Assembly: GCA_040285825.1 (NCBI GenBank)
Contig: JAUPSS010000004.1
Coordinates: forward strand, 1,902,550 to 1,966,549
Direction: 5' to 3'
From: Eukaryota sp. TZLM1-RC
Lineage: Eukaryota > Protista > Metamonada: BaSk clade
Length of the DNA stretch: 64,000 nt
Shown: in pieces, positions 56,581 through 64,000 of the stretch
Layout of the letters: each line of letters begins with the position of its first letter
Numbering within the stretch: position 1 is the stretch's first letter
The notes under the pieces: model-generated
Databases searched by the model: none
Told to the model about the DNA's origin: nothing
The model's input: the letters and a program-made list of their open reading frames with translations, nothing else
Program-made: the position numbers and the translations under genes

Positions 56581-57672
56581 AGATAATTTCTTAAGTTGTG
56601 GCCGAATTATTTAAAACACTTATTGTACTAGTTCAATCCTGGATGATTCTGTTTTGAAAAATTAGAAAGAAGTTAAGCAAAGAGATCCGACTCTTCTCAT
56701 TTCAACAGTTTTCTTCTTTTAAAACTCTTTTAAAATTTGTTGCTGCTTCACATGATGTTGTTGATGTGTTATTGGTCCATCGTTAAAGAACATTTTCAAA
56801 AAAAATAAACAGTGATGGCTTTCAACTCCATTTACTTCATTTTGTTATAATCATCGTAATTAATCTAAATAGTTCAGTGATTTGAAAATGACATTGTTCA
56901 CTTGGCACTTTTAAACCCTCACATTTACAATCTCCAGCTTTGACTCCAGCCTGTAGTAAAATAAGTATTTCAGTGCGTTCCTGTACACATACACGCGCTA
57001 AATCAAGACTCCCATAAGCATCGACTTTGCCTCCAGCTTCTAACTATCGTGCAAAAATTTCAAGATGACCTTGCTGACTACCTGATCGTCATCATTTCTT
57101 GCTCAAGCATTTTACCTGCAATAAATGGTCAACTCCAATGGCCTTATTGTCACAAGCCTCAATAATAGATTGATTATCACTGGAAGTCTTTGCTAAGTAA
57201 GGTATGTATATCACAATTTATAAGTTTTCAATAAATTTATTAATATCAAGATAGTAAAAACAAGAACAAATAACATGGTAAATCATAAAATATCAGCTGG
57301 TTTTAAACTTCCTCAGCTTACTCCATGAATTTGATGGACAATAAACCAAACTTCAATGTGCACGTACGCTGACTTTACCCAAAATTAGTTTTCATTTCAT
57401 TAACTTCCTAATGCTTAACAGAAAGAGCTTTTAAATTTGAATAAACCACTTTCATTCAATTAAAACTTTCATATTTTAGTTTCACAATTTCTAACTTTTA
57501 ATCAACATTGTAGTTAAAGAAAAAAGACATTTCCAATAACGAAAAGAATCAGTTCAATAAATTTATTACTACAACTGCTTAACGTAGATTGAAATCTGTA
57601 CAACATGAAATAAATTACAAAAAAAACTAGAAAAATACAAATTCAAAACTTAATCAGAATTATTTAATTTAG

Positions 57673-59127
57673 TTAATCACCATTAGAAACTCCTAGAGAG
57701 AGCTGCAATGTTTCAATCTGTTCCCTAATGCAAATAATTGTATTCAATAAATCAAAATAGCGAATTCTATGCTTAGACAATGAATCAGTCAAACTATCAA
57801 TAAAATTAAACAATTCTGACCAGGAAGATTGTTCAACAATGGAAATAATAAAGGGGTAAACGTAATAAATAATGTGATTGATAATAGTGCTAGCTTCAGA
57901 ATGCTGCAATGTTGAAACCAGTCCCAAAATGTGATCAAATTGGGCATTTAACAAAAGTTTTTGGAAGTAGTTAAAGACAAAAGCATTATGATCGATAATT
58001 CCCAACAAAACCACAAAACCACTATTTAAAACAACATTAACTAAAGAATTATCATTTGAATGGCTAATTAAAAGAGGAAAAGAGCTAGATTTCTGTTCAT
58101 CAGGAAATGGTAAACAATTCGAGGCACTCGAACAAACATCAACATTGATCTCTATAATGTGTAAACAACTGTCGAAAAAGGAAAGTTTCCCATTACAAAG
58201 ACCAACAACAAATATTAAACCCCCAAACAGACCATCCAGTGAAGAACAAGGTGACTCCAAGGATGTGGCGTAAGAGTCTCCAGAAGTTAAGTTGAAACAC
58301 GTCAGCATTGGCCCTTTTTGACCTTCTGTGGCATAGACCAGAGTATTGGAAATAATCATTGGATTACAGGAAAGTCGACAATCAATCATTTTGATTGGAG
58401 GATGTAAACGGGATAATTCATCTCCAATAACAGAAAAAGAAAGTAATGTATTTGTAGTAAACACTATCAATAACAATTCTTCATTTAATTCACAGACTTT
58501 AGAACACACAATTCCCTGAATAGAAAATTCATATAACAAGTTCCAAGTATTAACTTTACCATTGTCAGTATTGGAATAGATTCTGATTGAAGAGGAAAGA
58601 GTTACAAAGACGAGATCTGAAACGTAATCCACAGATAACGCAGGTGAAGGCAAATCTAATGTGAAGGAAGGGTTGGAAGAGGAGAGTACGTGGATGAAGG
58701 ACTTGGCTTCATAAGCAAGGAAAATGTGACTGGAGGATGGTGAAAAGAAAGCAGATGATATGGAAAGATTTAGGCTTGGGGTAATAATATGATCGATTTG
58801 GATGTGGGATATGCTGTTGGATGAAAGCTGGATAGTAGAGAGAGTGCCATTGGAGAAAAGGATTTGAAGAGAGTTGGCCACAGGGAAGCGAGTGAAAACA
58901 GGGTCTTCAGATGCTAAAATTGAGTCAAACTCATCAAGACGAGAAGAAAGTTTCAGAGGTCGCACTGATGGAAGTTTAAGTGGATGACCAATAGAAGTAT
59001 AGTATTGTTCAAGACATTTCTTCAAAAAGCATGGAGAATTGTGTGAACAATAAGAAGGATATACCTGGGACAGTTCAGAAGGTGAAGCTGAAAGTACATC
59101 AACAGTGATGGAAAGAGACTGGTGCAT
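57673..59127 (-). CDS. WDPCP: WDPCP/Fritz-like beta-propeller (CPLANE ciliogenesis factor)
   Basis: LDEFDSIL...LQILFSNGTLSTIQLSSNSISHIQIDH and FVVGLCNGKLSFFDSCL resemble WDPCP motifs as recalled. Confidence 0.65.
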   Translation of the reverse strand: MHQSLSITVDVLSASPSELSQVYPSYCSHNSPCFLKKCLEQYYTSIGHPLKLPSVRPLKLSSRLDEFDSILASEDPVFTRFPVANSLQILFSNGTLSTIQLSSNSISHIQIDHIITPSLNLSISSAFFSPSSSHIFLAYEAKSFIHVLSSSNPSFTLDLPSPALSVDYVSDLVFVTLSSSIRIYSNTDNGKVNTWNLLYEFSIQGIVCSKVCELNEELLLIVFTTNTLLSFSVIGDELSRLHPPIKMIDCRLSCNPMIISNTLVYATEGQKGPMLTCFNLTSGDSYATSLESPCSSLDGLFGGLIFVVGLCNGKLSFFDSCLHIIEINVDVCSSASNCLPFPDEQKSSSFPLLISHSNDNSLVNVVLNSGFVVLLGIIDHNAFVFNYFQKLLLNAQFDHILGLVSTLQHSEASTIINHIIYYVYPFIISIVEQSSWSELFNFIDSLTDSLSKHRIRYFDLLNTIICIREQIETLQLSLGVSNGD

Positions 59128-59179
59128 CCAAATTAACTGAGAATTTCACAAAATTGAATAAAAATCGTCAACAGTCAGC

Positions 59180-60474
59180 GAACTTATTTCTTCTCAACTT
59201 TTTTCTTGCACCACGCTGCAGGTCTCCACACATAATTGAAGAATTTTCAGGCCCTTCCTCAGATTCAGGAACATAAGGTAAATTTATTTCAATAAGATAC
59301 TCTTGGAAGCTCTGAGCGGAATAGGTATTAGGATTTGCTTGAGTGAGAGGAGGAGGGTGATTTGATTTTCGTTTTTTTAGGTTTAGTAGCAGGCTAGAAC
59401 CCTCAAGAACATGTACAGAAATTCAGAACGAACCAGCAGTTTAACCACAAAGATTGCTGTGCTACAAAAAACAAAGTTTCATCAGGATCTCGAAAATTGG
59501 GCTGTTCATCCACTAATAACCGTGGTCTTCGCTGTGGATTTGCTTTTCTATGGACATAACATTTTCTTTTCCTTTCAGAATTATGGAAATCATAATTTCC
59601 AGAAACACGTCTTGACTCAATTTCCGCTTTAGGTGACCGACTATATGTATTCCTTGCCCTCTGGGTGAACAAGAACCGCAACGAATCACCATTTGAGAAA
59701 GTGGCAGAGTTAATAAATTTAGAATCCTCAGGGCAGTTACTTTCTAGAAAAGATAAATTATTCAGTCCTGATTGAAAGATTGTGGCCGCAGTTTCCATAT
59801 TAATGGTAAATCGTTCATTTCTGATTGAGGTTTCCAACATTTTTGACCCCCACCAATATAAGCTGTTGCTGTCATATTTAGCCAGTGGGTTAAGATATGC
59901 TGATGATTTTTTTGGTACCATTGTAAAATTGACTCATCCGTCTGAACATCTTGAAGTGGAAACTCGGCGTACTTTTTGGGTCTGTTGCAATTAGGACACT
60001 GGGGACAGCTCTTGAAAAATTGTTTTGCCAAACAACAGGGCCGTCAGTCAACAACTGGCAAAGAGCTTCTTTCAGTTGGATGGCTCGATTGCCAAGAAGA
60101 CTTGAATGGTACCAAAATTTACTACCGTCGGCTAACGTGGTTCCATTTAGTGGGCGCCAAGACCAAAGGTGGTGAACGAGATGTTACAGCGCTTGAAAAA
60201 CCAGATGTTGTTTTTCGAATGGTCTCCTTTGTTGGGGTTCTCTTTCACAAACAAAGTCGAAACAGAGGCACCAGAACTGGCTTTGAGTAAGCCACATTAA
60301 GTGTTCTGGGTATTGGATTACAAAGAATCGTACTGGGTGAATAGCATGAGCTCCAATACTAGCGAAAACTTGGAACTGGTGTTCTTTAACTTTTCGTGCT
60401 TCTGAGCCGAAGAACTGGTTGACAGACGCTTCCACAGTTGTGGTTTGTGGAGTTTTATCCATGACAGTCAACAC
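59180..60474 (-). pseudogene. Degenerate Fanzor family-1 relative, RuvC-I Asp deleted, 3'-truncated
   Basis: YPEHLMWLTQSQFWCLCFD, SNGDSLRFLF, TLFFVA/SNLCG, PPPLTQANPNTYSAQSFQEYLIEI and ARKKLRRNKF align in order to the 7822 protein across several frames. Confidence 0.85.
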
Positions 60475-61266
60475 AGAAGGGAAACAGTTAGAAATGATTC
60501 AAAAATGGTTTCCTTAAGTTGAAAATTTGGTGAAATCAACAAGTCTTATAGTTGTCAATTCAAAGTGTAGTTAGTTTCAATTGTTTATTAATGATACAAA
60601 TCGCTTGAAGTTACATCTTGAATGTTTTCCCTTTCTTCAAAAAAGTACTACAAGATACAAAAATTGGTGAGTGGAGTTTGGTTGGGTTTTTACCATTCGT
60701 CAGGTTCGCATTTGAGTCATATTTCATTACATTACCTTTTGTTGCCACCATCTCCAATTGCTATCTTCACAATGAAAACCACAATTACATTAACTGCCCT
60801 TTTCAGGATCACCAACACATCTTTTTTAATTGTTTTATATCTCAACGTACTCGAACCTATCCTATCTACAAAATCCAAGTCCTTTCGCCGAATTTCATGA
60901 GTACATCTTACCCGTAGTACCTTCTCTTATCGAGATGCTTGATGGTAATGCCATGAAATCACAAGCCTCTTTTTTGGAAGTTCCTACTCAGGAGAACAAG
61001 AGTAAAGAACGCTTTTAAAACCTTGAAACTAATAAACTCTACTTTCTATGCAAAGTAACCAACACGATGATATCTTTGGATATTTGGAACAACTCAAAAA
61101 TGTCATTTTCCACTGCCTTCTACTTATTTCTACATAGAGAAACAACCCAGTCATCAAAGCCTTCACCAATGAGCTGACACCTGCAACAATGAAGCTAAAT
61201 GTTGGCAAATGAAAAACCAAATAGAATAATTTATACACAAATTTTCCGAAACAAAAAACAAAATAA

Positions 61267-62541
61267 TCACCAATCCAACCTAGCAGGGTTAGACGTGTTA
61301 TTCTTATAAGAAAACGAGGCCTGTAACCAATCATTTTCCATCAACCGAAGTGCAATAGGATTTTCACTAGGTTCGTGGTGGGTTGTACTAACCATCCCAG
61401 CCTCAGTTCTAGGATAGTGTTCTTCATTTGCTGCACCATGCTGTGACCCTATTTGACCACCACCATTAAGGCAAGCTTTAGGACAGGCAAAGACTTCAAC
61501 AAGAGAAAGATCACATTTTCCTTTTTTAATGGCTCGTAAAAGGTTTTGAACTTCTCTAAACCCAAAGACTTCCCCAAAGCCAATACCCTGCTCTGTATAA
61601 CAGTGACGTGCTCCTCCTCTCCGTTTGGGTACAGACCAGGGAAGATCAGTGTTTTGGAAGGATTTGAAAACAAAATCATTGTAACCATCCGTGGAAAAAT
61701 GTCTAGACGGAAGGAGAGATTCAAAAGACGAATCAAACATTAGGTCGAAATCAGCTTCAGTTATCTGCATTGGACCACTGAACCCTTCTACACCATCGAT
61801 TGAACTCTCTTCAAATAGAGAAAGTACTTCAGATGCAGTGACAACACAATCGACTCCATTGTCAGAGAGTGAATCACTTGAACGGAAGTTGAGTTCGTCG
61901 CGCACAGCTTCCAGTTTCCTATCGTGACAAGGAGCAACAACAACATGATGTAGCTCCGGAAAACGATCAGCAACTAATTTGGCCTGTATATACTGAGGAG
62001 AGGGGATGTTTGAAAGCAATGGTATAACATCTGGATGTAACTTTTCAATGTAACAGACCAAACCAGAACAAGCTGAAACAAGGAGAGGAAGACGGGACTC
62101 ACTGGACATACGTTGTTCAAGTTCCGCTTTAGTGGCTAAGAGGGCAACATCCACAGCAGTAGACATATCAACAACAAAGGATGACGGAAACAGAGTCTTA
62201 AACAGTCCAGAGAGACGTCGCATTGCACAGAGACCAGAAACGCCCCAAAAGCCTGCAAAGGAAGCTCGTGCTTGGGGTGTAATTGAAACGACAATTGGCT
62301 GAGGAAATTTGAACAAGGTTGCAAGGGATTGTGATGAGAGAAGAACTACTTCAGCAGAGGTAACACAACCAGAACACGCGAGACAGCTTTTGAGACTTAT
62401 GTTTACAGAAGATGTAGCAATTTCATTCATAGCAGTAGTGGTATCATCAGCAGCAGCAAGTTTGCCTGAGTCTTCAGTCAAAGTCACAACACAATCCTCA
62501 GCGGGAGTAAAATCAGATATATTAGCAAGACGCAAAGCCAT
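61267..62541 (-). CDS. NAR1: Cytosolic Fe-S assembly factor Nar1/IOP1 (hydrogenase-like)
   Basis: ISLKSCLACSGCVTSAE, SACSGLVCYIEK, PCHDRKLEA, EVFACPKACLNGGGQ, C-terminal Trp. Confidence 0.92.
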   Translation of the reverse strand: MALRLANISDFTPAEDCVVTLTEDSGKLAAADDTTTAMNEIATSSVNISLKSCLACSGCVTSAEVVLLSSQSLATLFKFPQPIVVSITPQARASFAGFWGVSGLCAMRRLSGLFKTLFPSSFVVDMSTAVDVALLATKAELEQRMSSESRLPLLVSACSGLVCYIEKLHPDVIPLLSNIPSPQYIQAKLVADRFPELHHVVVAPCHDRKLEAVRDELNFRSSDSLSDNGVDCVVTASEVLSLFEESSIDGVEGFSGPMQITEADFDLMFDSSFESLLPSRHFSTDGYNDFVFKSFQNTDLPWSVPKRRGGARHCYTEQGIGFGEVFGFREVQNLLRAIKKGKCDLSLVEVFACPKACLNGGGQIGSQHGAANEEHYPRTEAGMVSTTHHEPSENPIALRLMENDWLQASFSYKNNTSNPARLDW

Positions 62542-62681
62542 TGATGCTCAACAGTAACTAGAGAGATGTATTAAAAGAAAGAGTCTCTGTACAGCACAGA
62601 AGTTATGATAGTATCACGTTTACAATTACGTGGGATGTGTTGATATAAGGGAAGTTGTTTTCAAGTTGATATTTTCTTTTC

Positions 62682-64000
62682 ATGCGGGAGCCTCTTTTAA
62701 CATCAAAGAAGCATTTGCCCTTCTTTTATCATGGGCCTCTGAGCTATCCTCCAAAGATGGAAAGTTCTGAAGCTCGCATTGGTAGTGGTTTCACATCATT
62801 GATGGGAATGGCGTGGCTTTTTAACCATTTCTATTTAGAAAATGATGTGCTTTCCTATGTGGTTATTGTTGCCTTTGGAGATTTTTTCCTTCGCCTGGTT
62901 TTGGGGCCACTGTTTTCACCCCTAGGGCTGCTCTCCAAGATTCTGTCGTATGTTTTTCCTCCCAACCGGTGTTCAAGTGTTCCTAAGCGACGTGCGTACT
63001 TTGTTGGTTCATTGTTCACCGCTATTTCAGCTATTGCGCAGTACCTTGGTTATCCCATTGTTTCTGTTGTATGCCTCGGAATGCTGACCATTTTTTCGTT
63101 TGCTGAAGCTGCATTTAGTTTCTGTGTCCTGTGTGTTTTCATCAAGGCCATTGCCCAGTATCGAAAGCAAAGGTTACTTACCTCTTTGTATTCGTCTCTA
63201 GAACCTCATTCTAAACCATTCACCAGATCTCATCCTCCTGTTGATAAATCCCCCCAAGGCCAATACGACTATGATTTAGTCTTCATAGGTGGTGGTTCTG
63301 CTGGTATGGCAGGCTGTCTTTATGCCAAAAAACACTATGGTCTCCGTATCGCCGTTATTGAGTACCATGAACAGTATGGTGTTGCCGGTACATGTGCTAC
63401 CCGTGGTTGTATTCCTAAGATTCAAATCCATGAAGCTGCTTCTCTTAAAAGAACACTCAGTCCTGCTTTCAGCAAGAAGTATGGCTTTAATGTTGATTAT
63501 GAATTTGACTGGTCCCAATTAATGTCTCAAGTTCAGAACAACACCGAAAATACTTCAGTAGCATACACTCAACAGCTTGAGTCCAATGGAATTGATCTCT
63601 TCAGAGGTTTTGGCAGCTTCGTAGATCCCCATACTGTAGAAATCTCTGACCCTGATGCCAACTCCAAGAACCAAATCACCGGTAGAAGAATCATCGTTAG
63701 TGTTGGTGGTAGACCAAATCTACCCAAGATTGGAGGTATTGAACACGCAATCACCTCTGATGACTTTTTCAAGCTGAAAACCCAACCCAAGAGCATTGTT
63801 GTTGTTGGTGCTGGTTTCATTGCTCTTGAATTGAGCACTTTGCTTGCTGAACTTGGTACTAAAGTCACTGTAATGGTTCGAAACACCATTGCTCGTGGTT
63901 TTGACAAGGAAATAGTCGAAAAAATAACCCAGGATTTGGAAGAAATTGGTGTAGAATTCGTCAAAGCCTCACCTGTTGGCATCTCCAAAACAGAAGATGG
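62682..64000 (+). CDS. DUF4395-like membrane domain fused to a class I pyridine nucleotide-disulfide oxidoreductase (glutathione/thioredoxin reductase-like); runs off the window end
   Basis: Manually translated open frame from ATG 62682: EARIGSG...GPLFSPLG...PKRRAYFVG...AEAAFSFCVLC, then YDYDLVFIGGGSAG, GTCATRGCIPK, ITSDDFF and VVGAGFIALE. Confidence 0.85.
   Translation, partial: MREPLLTSKKHLPFFYHGPLSYPPKMESSEARIGSGFTSLMGMAWLFNHFYLENDVLSYVVIVAFGDFFLRLVLGPLFSPLGLLSKILSYVFPPNRCSSVPKRRAYFVGSLFTAISAIAQYLGYPIVSVVCLGMLTIFSFAEAAFSFCVLCVFIKAIAQYRKQRLLTSLYSSLEPHSKPFTRSHPPVDKSPQGQYDYDLVFIGGGSAGMAGCLYAKKHYGLRIAVIEYHEQYGVAGTCATRGCIPKIQIHEAASLKRTLSPAFSKKYGFNVDYEFDWSQLMSQVQNNTENTSVAYTQQLESNGIDLFRGFGSFVDPHTVEISDPDANSKNQITGRRIIVSVGGRPNLPKIGGIEHAITSDDFFKLKTQPKSIVVVGAGFIALELSTLLAELGTKVTVMVRNTIARGFDKEIVEKITQDLEEIGVEFVKASPVGISKTED

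Noticed and set aside
63276-63988. Short ORFs listed in the track at the window end
   Set aside because: Shadows of the plus-strand reductase ORF beginning at 62682

Overview
AT-rich, gene-dense, almost intron-free eukaryotic DNA. The cilia genes (WDPCP, TTLL) suggest a flagellated protist; the species cannot be determined from the sequence. Ordinary host genes include ZSWIM2-like, SPFH, Elongin B, TTLL, mucolipin-like, RUVBL2, ankyrin, ResIII-like helicase, CCA-adding enzyme, an H4 variant, PA200, COMMD, WDPCP and NAR1. They are separated by patchworks of mobile-element debris: RLE-type non-LTR retrotransposons, Ty3/gypsy elements, a TA-flanked pogo/Tc1-like element and a PolB fragment. The main signal is about seven Fanzor (eukaryotic TnpB-like RNA-guided nuclease) loci from three families. 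One (7822-9813) is intact, has an N-terminal CCHC zinc knuckle and is followed by a tetraloop-rich putative omega-RNA. A second family has two copies sharing a ~250-nt highly structured 3' non-coding region. Three loci end in the same TGAAATTC(A/T)CAG motif just upstream of co-oriented host start codons. A second notable item, missing from the ORF track because it runs off the window end, is a DUF4395-like membrane domain fused to a glutathione/thioredoxin-reductase-type flavoprotein, head-to-head with NAR1. All family calls come from motif recognition by eye, not database searches.
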